This document shows, piece after piece, positions 1 through 10,152 of a DNA stretch of 64,000 bases. Made by a program: the position numbers and the translations under genes. The stretch comes from Nemertoderma westbladi (lineage: Eukaryota > Animalia > Xenacoelomorpha), in the NCBI GenBank assembly GCA_032718475.1, contig JAUCBJ010008939.1, forward strand, positions 1 to 64,000. The letters are read 5' to 3'. Below the pieces are notes generated by a model. It was not told where the DNA came from and ran no database searches. It was given only the letters and a program-made list of their open reading frames with translations. Each line of letters opens with the position of its first letter. The stretch's first letter is position 1.

Positions 1-500
1 GAACATTTTATTTATATATGAATAGCTACATAATAGTATGATTAAAGAGGTACAGCATTGCATTGTTGCCCAGCTAAGTATGGGATAAACAAAATGTTCC
101 AGAATATGGTGTATTTATTAAATATAATAAAATAGCCTTCCACCGGATGCATAACCATGCAACATTTGAACGCTCATATCTCGGCTATTTTACAACGAAA
201 TTCAGATTATGTTACATATTTGGAATCCTTGCATGATTAGCTTTGTAAAAGTACCAACAAGTCACTACAAGGTTGAAAAATAACACCGTATTAACTGGTG
301 CAATATCGTCGGAGATACCATTTTAAACGCTTGTAGCTAAAGAATGAAAGCGAAAATAAAAATTTTGAATCACCCAGTAGTGAGGAGAAGGGAGGTGAAT
401 ATCGATCTGCAGGTACCTATGTTTCAAATATTATTGTTGGGTGGGGTGGGGGGTGCATCTAGGTACCTGACTTACGACACTATATTCCAGGAAATGGTGT
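1..500. mobile_element. Partial non-autonomous DNA transposon (MITE) related to 4026-4685 and 63013-63500
   Basis: Ends in ...tattccaggaaatggtgTA; internal block at ~175-230 is the reverse complement of the ggattccaaatatgta...gaatttcgttg...gagat block seen at ~4310-4360 and ~63240-63295. Confidence 0.5.
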
Positions 501-609
501 ACGTAATGTAATGGTAGTAACGAGTAAATTATCGACATGATCGACTCTTTATCTCATAAAATAATATATTGCTTTAAATATGAAGATGTTGTAAAAAATA
601 AATAATCAC

Positions 610-1133
610 CTTCAGCAACACAATTTTCCTCTGTTTCATTTAATCCGTCGGCTTCAACGTTTACCTCAGCTTCAAGCAGCTTTTCTATTTGGACGATATC
701 ATCATCAGCATCAGGGTGTTCTGTAATCCCAACCACAGAACTCTCGCTGTGACGGTTTTCCTCAAATTCCGACGTTTCCACATCGTCATCAACTTGGATT
801 TTATCGTAACCAACTGAAGCACTATTGGTTTCTGTTTCATCATCCAATAAACGCTCGTTAGATGACGTCACAGCTTCACTTCGATCCAAAAGACGGCATT
901 CAGAGGAGGATATTGGGCGTTTAGATATTATTGGAGAGTCTGAGGTTTGAGGCCAATCTTTACCAGATGACATTTCATCGGTGTTACCTGGTGTTCTAAT
1001 TCCTATGATTCCATTGAGTCTCTCGGTAATATTTTTACCGCTTTCGTGCGCCATTAGTTCGGCTAGTGCGACCAAAGAATCTATTTGCAATCTCAATGTT
1101 GCGTAGCTATTGTTTAGTAATTTTAGCTCATGT
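610..1133 (-). CDS. Internal exon of a host gene (coiled-coil then acidic low-complexity region)
   Basis: Acceptor ...ctccacag| before 1133, donor |gtgatt after 610; open frame HELKLLNNSYATLRLQIDSLVALAELMAHE...; phase-compatible with the exon ending at 46341. Confidence 0.55.
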
Positions 1134-1308
1134 CTGTGGAGGCAGAAAGAAAAGATATTGCTCGTAAAAACTTAATCTGAGGCCTAGAAAGGATATTTGT
1201 GCTAAGTGCTAGGTATCAAGAAGGAAGAAAGGATTTTAACAATAGTACGAAATGGATGAAGGTCAGACATTTCTAAAATGTACTCATTTCAGCCCACTAG
1301 CGGTAGAC

Positions 1309-2356
1309 TGTAAAAGCTTTTGCGGATATAATCAGTCCTTTTTCCCGCAAAGTACTGTGTAGGTGTTTTAGCGGACATAAAAAGCCGTTTTTTCTGTATG
1401 TGTACTTAGCGGACATAACAAGCCACTTTATGCCGCAATGCGTCAAAATACTCGTAACACAGTGTAGTTCCGATGACTCATATGACGACATCTACCAGCT
1501 GATTTGCTGACGTGGAACTTGCCATTGCCCTATGGGTTCTTTGTTCGGCTCAGCCAATCAGGGCGATTTTCATTTTATGTGGGACGGTAGCTATGTAAAC
1601 CGTGCTAGGCGAGTCAGTGTTCGTTTTCCATCTTTCTGAGCCTAGAACATCGGCTTTGGAATTATTATGAGTTTCAGACTTTAGCCAAACATTAGACGGC
1701 TCTGATTATAGGAACGTATAACTGTTATCTCAACACAAACCTCGCATACCAAATTGTTACATATTTATCATACAAAACACATACCGGTCATACTGCATTA
1801 CTGCACTGTCGGTTATTAATTGTCATATATGTTGATGGATATGTTGTTATATTTGGAGAATATCGATAAATAATCATAAAACCCCAATCTTCTTGATTAC
1901 TGAAGGTAAGAGAGACCCGTTACCTGTAGCAATTGCGACTTACATTATAGTGGTTTTGGAGTGAATTGAATGCTATTTCATAATCCCTACATGTATCAGT
2001 TGCTATTCTCCTTATATATGATCAAATTAAGTGAAGGTCGGCAGATCAGTGTGCAGCAGTGTGCAGTAGTGTGCAGGAGTGTGACAGATAACAAAGCATT
2101 TCCAAAAGAATGCGCTTTATACGAAAATCATTAGCCATCCCGTTGTGTTTAGTGTAAGTCATAACTCTGTTTACATACTTAGAGCGCCACGTCCTAAAGG
2201 AACTGTTAATATTTCCCGAAAGTAGATAATATTTGTCAGAGATATTATAGTGACTCGTAATCGAATAATACAGTAAGTCTACACCGCAATAAGATCAAAG
2301 CATCCGAATCCAGTCTCCCTTAACCGTGGGTGAATGGTCGCGCATAGACTGGTTTC
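1309..2356 (+). mobile_element. 3'-truncated LTR of the same BEL/Pao family (third variant)
   Basis: Starts TGTAAAAGCTTTTGCGGATATA; colinear with the element-2 LTR (ccaatcag box, cctaaaggaactgttaatatttcccgaaag, gggtgaatggtcgcgca); homology stops ~2356, before the ...gcgaaca terminus. Confidence 0.85.
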
Positions 2357-4025
2357 TCGGTTTCTCATAGACTGGGTACTCGCGACTACACGACCAGTGC
2401 AAGGCTGTGTGATCGCGCCCTTCACGGAAAACACCCTAATCAGCTGGTGGCTGACCAGACCAGTCGAGCCGTGGGTTCCGGGAACTCAGGTAGGACTATA
2501 TCGGGGACCACCCACATCTCCAGGGCCCATCCGTGACAGGACAGCGCTTCTTACCGCATGGGGTATCCGCTGGGTTACTCTTGTCGCAGAGGCTACTGTA
2601 CCCCCACAAACATTCGAAAAACCGTCAGAGTAAAAAAAATCAGGCCGACAGATGGATAAGAAAAACCCCGCGGACTCTCGTCGTCGTGGGAGGTATTCTT
2701 TTCCACACCGTATTTTATCCACAACTGCGATTCGTTTGCTCGTGGAGGAATAACGGATTGTCCTTACTGGCCGTTGAAGAAGGGCTCCCGGGTCGTAACT
2801 ACGTCCCCAATGCCCAATTGATCCGCGTGTGTCCAACTCACGCGGAAGATCGAGCTGTTGTCGGCTGTCGGCGATATCATGTAGAACACTGCATCCAATT
2901 TAACATCGCCAAACATCGAGTCGGTCGCAAGCGTCGGCTTTAAGATTGAACTTCCCCTTCCCACTGTACTGAAAGCGGTACTGTATTACTCAGGATTGAA
3001 TTTAAATGAGTTATCAGGGTGCTGCAGTAAACCCTACAGTACCGGTACTCAAACACTGGTCAGCCAGTACATTACATTTGTATAACGCTCAGATTGGAAT
3101 TCACTTTCATTTTATTAATACATAACCTACTGTACCTACAGCCCTACTGATAGTTCGCTTTCATTGTATTAATTAAAACGATGCCTAATCGTCTGTATTG
3201 TGAATTGGAAATTAAAGTGAGCGAATTGCTTTGGAAATTTTTTGGACCAGTATTGAATTGAATACACAAATAACATGAATTTCTGTGCAGTATAACTTTA
3301 TTAGTAATGTGTTTCATGTTAAGGATCGGACGGTAGGGAAATCCTAGCCTTTATAGTTTATCCGGTTTTTCGTAATTACGTAATTACTCTCCTCTTCTCA
3401 TTTTGCTGCGAATTTTGATTGCGTTTTTGGACCTGTGCAGTAGTAGTGTGATCTGTGCTAAATTGAAAAGCATGTAAGATGTAGGCCTGTACTACAGTAC
3501 AGGTCTCTTTAACTAGTCCATTTTGTACTGTAAAGTAGTGCAGGAGTTACTGCAGTTAATACAGTTAACAAACGAATTGTTTCAAAATGTCGGAGTAGTT
3601 GGCGTCAAAATATATAATATTAACATGGAATCATGTATTTAGTTGCGGTAAGTGGCCCATGTGAAGAATACAATACCAGACTTTCTGCCGTTATATTTCA
3701 CTTTGCAGTTACCCCAATGTGAAGAATACCAGGTTTTCACCAAAAACACAGGTTACAGAAGGGCTGAATCTAACCAAAACAATAAACGAATTATGTTCAG
3801 GTTATAAGACAGAAATAAGCGCTATAAAACACTTAATAAAGATAAATTAAAAATAAATCAATTAAAAATAGGTTAATTAATTAATTAAGTAATTCAAATA
3901 GTAAAAGATATTAGCCGCAAAGATATACAATTATAAGGAATATTATTAGCAACGCACTTACAACTAAATATAACTGAGTAATTATTCGCCCATAACGCAA
4001 GCCACGGAAAAATAATACTACAGTA

Positions 4026-4685
4026 CACCATGACCCGTAAAATAGTGTAGTTTTCTGATGACACGCACCCCCCCCCCCCCCCTCAAATTTTTCTACAAAT
4101 CTTTATCATAATGCTTGAAATTTGAAACACAACTAGTTCAACTCACCGTGGTTGTTACCATGAGGCCGGAATTTTCGATTTTGCCTTTAAATTTTATTTA
4201 TAAGCGTTTTAAAAAAGTGTCTTTTGCGAAATCGCACCCTAAGTATCATTGCCATTCTTCACTTATAGTCGTAATTTTTTCACATCAATAGAAAGCTTGC
4301 GTTGCAAGGATTCCAAATATGTAGCAATATCTGAATTTCGTTGAGAAACAGCTGAGAAATAGGCATTCAAAGATTGTAAGAATTATTGTTCACTGCAGGC
4401 CATTTATTCTATTGAATAATTACACAAAATTCTGGAACAATTTGTTTATGTATGATTAGCTATGCAATATAGATATTGTATAGGCATACCGCTGTTGCCT
4501 ACCAACTCTTGTGTTTCAAATTTCAAACAATATGATAAAGGTTTGTAGAAAAATTAGGGGGGGGGGGGGGGGGGGGGTCCGTGTTATCAGAAAATGACAC
4601 TATATTACGGGTCATGGCAAGGACTTCTAGAACATAGTATATATTCTTAGAATATACTATGTTCTAGAAGTCCTTGGTCATGGTG
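4026..4685. mobile_element. MITE, Tc1/mariner-type (TA target duplication)
   Basis: TA|CACCATGACCCGTAA...TTACGGGTCATGG[insert]TG|TA; long imperfect inverted arms including poly-C/poly-G; related copy at 61888-62293. Confidence 0.8.
4618..4676. mobile_element. 59-bp palindromic micro-MITE nested in the right TIR of the MITE
   Basis: 25-bp perfect arms CAAGGACTTCTAGAACATAGTATAT / ATATACTATGTTCTAGAAGTCCTTG; 7-bp duplication GTCATGG at 4611-4617 and 4677-4683. Confidence 0.85.
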
Positions 4686-5215
4686 TATAAAGAATATATT
4701 ACAGTATACACATTGTGTTACCATTATTAAGGGAAGCCCTATTATTGTATACGGACGCTCACTGGGATACCCCAGCCGCAGCCGTGGAGTCAGACGTCCA
4801 ATAGACTGATATAATCAACTTACCTTAAATATACTACCGTATGTGTCTCCTTTTGTCTGTGTCACTAATGAACTGCATACGCCCCATGTTAAATAAATAC
4901 ATGTTCTGGAAGGAATATTTACGACATTATGGCTGCCGCTCCCATTGACTTCTAAGGGCCCTCCTACTTTGTTTCATTATTAAATGCAGTGATGGGATGG
5001 CTGATCAGCTGATGGAATGATAGGCAGATAGACAGGCAATACTGCCAGACTGCAATACAGCAATAGGCCTGACTTACCCTCTGGCCGTAACCATGCTGAC
5101 AACCAGTGGCGGCGCCATGCTGCCATTTAAAGCATAGGCCTTCAGTATTACTGCCGTACTGCAGTACTGTATTACACCTATTGAACTACCGGTCAGCCGG
5201 TACTCTATTACGCAG

Positions 5216-5265
5216 CGTACGCGCTGCAGTGTATCCTAGCGAGGGAGACACTGAACGCTACCGAG
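5216..5265 (+). CDS. BTBD3/6: Short BACK-domain exon of BTBD3/6-like gene
   Basis: Encodes YALQCILARETLNATE, ends gag|GTAAGT in phase 0 and joins LLVYQAVCRWAEAEC; resembles the TLEII.RE.LN.KE..VFEA..NWAE.EC stretch of BTBD3/6; acceptor (cgcag|) less certain. Confidence 0.65.
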
Positions 5266-6413
5266 GTAAGTGTATCCTAGCGGGGGAGACACTGAAGTGT
5301 GAACGCTACCGAGGTAAGTGTATCCTAGTGAGGGAGACACTAAACGCTACTGAGGTAAGTGTATCCTAGCGGGAGAGACACTGAATGCTACCGAGGTAAG
5401 TGTATCCTAGTGGGGGAGACACTGAACGGGAGACACTGAACGCTACCGGGGTAAGTGTATCCTAGCGAGGGAGACACTGAACGCTACCGAGGTAAGTGTA
5501 TCCTAGCGGGGGAGACACTGAAGTGTGAACGCTACCGAGGTAAGTGTATCCTAGCGGGGGAGACACTGAACGCTACCGAGGTAAGTGTATCCTGCGGGGG
5601 AGACACTGAACGGGAGACACTGAACGCTACCGAGGTAAGTGTATCCTAGTGGGGGAGACACTGAACGCTACCGAGGTTAGTGTATCCTAGCAGGGAGACA
5701 CTGAACGCTACCGAGGTAAGTGTATCCTAGCGGGGGAGACACTGAACGCTACCGAGGTAAGTGTATCCTAGTGGGGGAGACACTGAACGCTACCGGGTTA
5801 AGTGTATCCTAGTGGGGGAGACACTGAACGCTACCGGGGTAAGTGTATCCTAGTGGGGGAGACACTGAACGCTACCGGGGTAAGTGTATCCTAGTGGGGG
5901 AGACACTGAACGCTACCGGGGTAAGTGTATCCTAGTGGGGGAGACACTGAACGCTACCGGGGTAAGTGTATCCTAGTGGGGGAGACACTGAACGGGAGAC
6001 ACTGAACGCTACCGAGGTAAGTGTATCCAAGTGGGGGAGACACTGAACGCTACCGGGGTAAGTGTATCCTAGTGGGGGAGACACTGAACGCTACCGAGGT
6101 AAGTGTATCCTAGTGGGGGAGACACTGAACGCTACCGAGGTAAGTGTATCCTAGTGGGGGAGACACTGAACGCTACCAAGGTAAGTGTATCCTAGCGGGG
6201 GAGACACTGAACGCTACCAAGGTAAGTGTATCCTAGCGGGGGAGACACTGAACGCTACCAAGGTAAGTGTATCCTAGCGGGGGAGACACTAAACGCTACC
6301 AAGGTAAGTGTATCCTAGTGGGGAAATGCTGAACGGGAGACACTGAACGCTACCAAGGTAAGTGTATCCTAGCGGGGGAGACACTGAACGCTACCAAGGT
6401 AAGTGTATCCTAT
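5229..6413 (+). repeat. 41-bp minisatellite (~28 units) derived from the exon end plus splice donor
   Basis: Unit gtgtatcctagYgggggagacactgaacgctaccgaggtaa; first unit is the coding exon end. Confidence 0.95.
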
Positions 6414-6584
6414 CCTAGGAAGGGGGTCACTTCAATTGTCCTCTCTAATTTTCTTACCTAAAACTAAATGACAAAAATTACTACCTCAGAAGGGAGAGCG
6501 GTGAACCGGTTATTTATTATATAATATAATTGATTATTTGTGACAAAAGTCGTTTAAATTAATAATCTGTTACTTTTTTTTCAG

Positions 6585-6721
6585 CTCTTGGTATACCAGG
6601 CGGTGTGTCGGTGGGCGGAGGCTGAATGCGTCCGCCGACATTTAGAACCGAACCCTGATAACCGCCGACTGGTCCTGGGCCCCGCCCTCAACCTCGTACG
6701 ATTTACAGTTCTATCCCTCGA
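6585..6721 (+). pseudogene. BTBD3/6: 5' part of last coding exon of BTBD3/6-like gene, interrupted by LTR element
   Basis: Acceptor ttttttttcag|; LLVYQAVCRWAEAECVRRHLEPNPDNRRLVLGPALNLVRFTVLSLD (end of BACK domain); frame continues at 18777 once the insertion is removed. Confidence 0.85.
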
Positions 6722-7965
6722 TGTAAAAGCTTCTGTGGGATATAACTGGCCCCTTTTTGCTTCGCAATCCAGTTTCCCCCCAGGCGCTGGAATACTCTAA
6801 AAAGGTTCTCTAACTGTATATATATTCCCCTCGCCCGCAAGGTACCGTTACAGGTGTTTTAACGGACATAAAAGTCATTCTGCTATATACGTGTTTTGGC
6901 GGACATGGTAAGGCAAAAAACCTGCAATGCACCAACTACCTTTCACAGCTTAGCCGTGATGATTCATATTACGACATCTAACAGCTGGTTGCTGACATGG
7001 AAACAGCCATTGGACGCATGGTTCTTTGTTTGGCTTGAGCCAATCAGAGCGATTTTTCCTGTCGACGTGTAGCTTTTCGGCCGATCATAAGGAGAGTGTT
7101 CAGTCTTACTGTTTTTACTTGATACTTTGTTGTTATTGCTGTCTAAGCCAGAAACACCGGCTCTAGAAACTCTAGTAAAACTGCTTAAATTATCGAAAGT
7201 ATAAACTGTTACCTAACAAATCAAACTAATCTAACTAATTAACATACTCACTTCATTTAACTGCATTAATCATATTGTTTGTACTGTTATTTTACCGTCA
7301 GTTATTAATTGTACCTATTTGTTGATGGAAATATTGCTCTTTGGATAATACGGATAAATCACCCAAATTCCCAATTTTCTTGATACACTACAGGTTAGAG
7401 AGACCGGCTATACATAACAATTGCGATTTATATTAATGTGGTGTGTATTGAATCCAATGTTATTTAGCAGACCCTACGTGAGTCAATTGCTGCTCTCTTT
7501 ATGTGTGATCAAATATACTGACGGTCGGCAGAATAGTGTGTATGATTGTGATTGGCAACAAAGTATTTCCTAAAGAATACGCTTTATACTTTAATCATAA
7601 GCGGTATCGTTGCGTTTTAGTATAAGTCTTAGTTCTGTTTAAATAGATAAAGCGCCACGTCCTAAAGGAACTGTTAATATTTCCCGAAAGCCAATAATAT
7701 CTGTCAGAGATTAATTATTAACGATCTATCGAATAATACAGTAGGTATACACTGCAACCTTACACTGCAATAATACAATTTAAGCATCCGAATTCAGCCT
7801 CCCGGGTGTAGATCCATCGGGTGAATGATCGCGCATGGGCTGACTTCGGCTAATGTTTTGCGTATTAGCATAAAATATTGTCGTATGCTAAAGTGGTTTT
7901 AATTAACTAAAAGACATATAAATTTTGGCAGGTTAAACTGCTAAAGGTCTTCAAAAGCGCGAACA
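6722..7965 (+). repeat. 5' LTR of element 1 (1244 bp)
   Basis: TGTAAAAGC...GCGCGAACA, direct repeat of 17514-18771. Confidence 0.95.
7040..7044 (+). promoter_or_regulatory. CCAAT box in LTR U3
   Basis: ccaatcagRgcgatttt conserved in all three diverged LTR variants (1554, 7040, ~43325 on minus). Confidence 0.5.
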
Positions 7966-7978
7966 GTAACAGTTTATA
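7966..7978 (+). promoter_or_regulatory. Non-tRNA primer-binding site, complementary to LTR 7200-7212
   Basis: GTAACAGTTTATA directly abuts the LTR end; reverse complement TATAAACTGTTAC lies at 7200-7212 and 18006-18018. Confidence 0.65.
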
Positions 7979-8267
7979 ATCTTATTGCAGTAGGCAATAA
8001 GGTTGCAAAATACCGTAGTGACTGGTAAAACTGAACCGGTACTTTGTAGGTCAGTAGGCCTAACTGTCATCACCGGTACCGGTACTGCTGTACAAGTACA
8101 TTTAGTATTATTCGATTTGATTATTGTATACTGGTAGGTCTTAGTACTTAATCAGGGACTGCAGCCCTGAATTTTTATTGAGATTTTACCTATTTCTGTC
8201 GGTTTTATTTCCTAGTAGGCTAATATTGAGCAGAAGGCGTGTGACCCTGCTCAGATTGTTCAGATAA

Positions 8268-8835
8268 TTGTAGGCTGAGCTGCTGTCTGACTGTTGTTGA
8301 GTTTGGAGAGATTACGGCGTGTGTAGAGTTTGTCTGATAAAGTGCCGTTAGTAAGTTGGGGCAGCCATATGCGGTAAGGTCAATCCCCTCTTAAAGAATA
8401 AGTCGTACTACCGTGTTAGAACGCATACTAACTAACAGTTTCAGAGTCTGCATATACTGTAGTTTATTTAGGCTTGATCGTAGTCTGCCAGTGTTTTAGC
8501 CTGTGTTTGTTTGTGTGGTCTGTTCAGGTACCGTAATAGTTATTACTCAAATATTTGTAGGCTGGATTGTTGTCTAGCTATTTTTGGGTCTGAAGGGATT
8601 GCTGCGTGTGTAGAGTTGGTCTGATCAAGTGCCGTTAGTAAGTTGGGGCAGCCATAAGCGGTAAGGTCAATCCCCTCTTAAAGAGTAAGTCGTACTACCG
8701 TGTTAGAACGCATACTAACTAACAGTTTCAGAATCTGCACATACTGTAGTTTGTTTAGGCTTAATAGTAGTCTGCCAGCGTTTGGTTTGTATTTGTTTGA
8801 GTATTCTGTACGGGTAGCGTAATATTTATTATTCA
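8268..8835 (+). repeat. ~290-bp diverged tandem duplication in the 2.2-kb leader of element 1
   Basis: Two copies of ...gtgccgttagtaagttggggcagccat...agtcgtactaccgtgttagaacgcatactaac...; single copy in element 2 (~41830-42120). Confidence 0.85.
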
Positions 8836-10152
8836 GAGTTTATGCGATTATTCGCAACATTCATTTCCCCAAGTTTATTCCTACAGTAATTGTGCTTGTT
8901 ATACATACCGTTATAGTTAAATTAACTCCGGTACTACATCAGGGCTGCTTGGCGTAGGTAAAGACTGGAGATTTTGTGCTTCGGTCACTCCAGCAGATGC
9001 CGTGGTTCTTTTAACTGTTCAAGTATATTTAACTACTGATTATTTGTTATACCGGTACTTGTACCTAATTTAGGGTTTAGTGTACAGTGCTTTCCGAAGT
9101 AATTAGTGTAGGCAGTATATTTGTGTTGTAAAGTGGTTGATAGGCACATTCGTTAGCTCTATTAGCTTCTGGGTAGGAACAATCCGTGATACATAACGTA
9201 GTACCTATAGCGATACGGTTATAGGTCGTCAGGCGGTGGTATTTTCCTATCTGGACAGTACAATATATTTACTACTACTTATTATTTCAAATACCGTAGT
9301 ACCCTGTCAGTTGTAATAACCAGAATTCTAACCCTTTGTTAGGCTGGTTTGTAGACTTCCTGTAAAATTACCCTAAAAATTTCGTACGTAATATTTTTGT
9401 TGTGTTTAATTAGAGAATTAATCTCACCCGTATTGTAAGTAATTTGTAGTAATAAGTAACTTAGGTAAATTAGAATTATCTGTTTTAGTGTCCCATAGGT
9501 AGCACTTCACGGAGAGCGCACAGCTTCTGTGTAGTGACTCCCCCAGAAATAATAACATTTATTTCAAATATTGACAAAAACCCATTTAAACGGGTATATA
9601 TCTATTATAAATCAACTCCAACGATTTATAAATAGTAGGCCTGCCAGACAACAACTAGGTCTCAATATCAGTCGGACTACTGCTTAAATAACGGTAATAA
9701 AGTAAGTTAAAGTAACTAAGTAACCCTAAAATATTCAGAAATTCAATTATTCTAAAATAATTGATAATTGACATACCAGTATTTACCATAGGCTTATTAT
9801 ATTTATCTCTATAAATTTGAGCTGAAATCATACCGGTACTCTGTAATTAATCTAGTCCGTAATTATACTTATATATACTATAAGTGTAAGCTGTATACCG
9901 GTATTCACTATAGGCCTATTATATATTTATATATATCTGTGCTAAATTTATATACCGGTACCCTGTGACAAACCTACTTTACAATACTTATATATATATT
10001 ATAAGCATACCGTTATTCTAATATATTATATATATATCACGCTACACTGAGTAGCAGTATCGGTAATTAATTATTAGGCTAACAGTGATACTGAATTACT
10101 AGACTTGCTTTAACTGTAATATAGCAGTAGGCATTCGACTGTACAATCCAAC

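Noticed and set aside
1297-1491. Small ORFs in LTRs (also 26260-26448, 43157-43363)
   Set aside because: Short, not conserved in frame across the three LTR variants.
5106-5649. ORFs 5106-5369 and 5455-5649
   Set aside because: Products of the minisatellite; only 5216-5265 in another frame fits the BTBD protein.
5229-6413. CRISPR-like periodicity (also 19382-20265, 21364-22466, 52459-52986)
   Set aside because: Head-to-tail units with no unique spacers, no cas genes, eukaryotic context.
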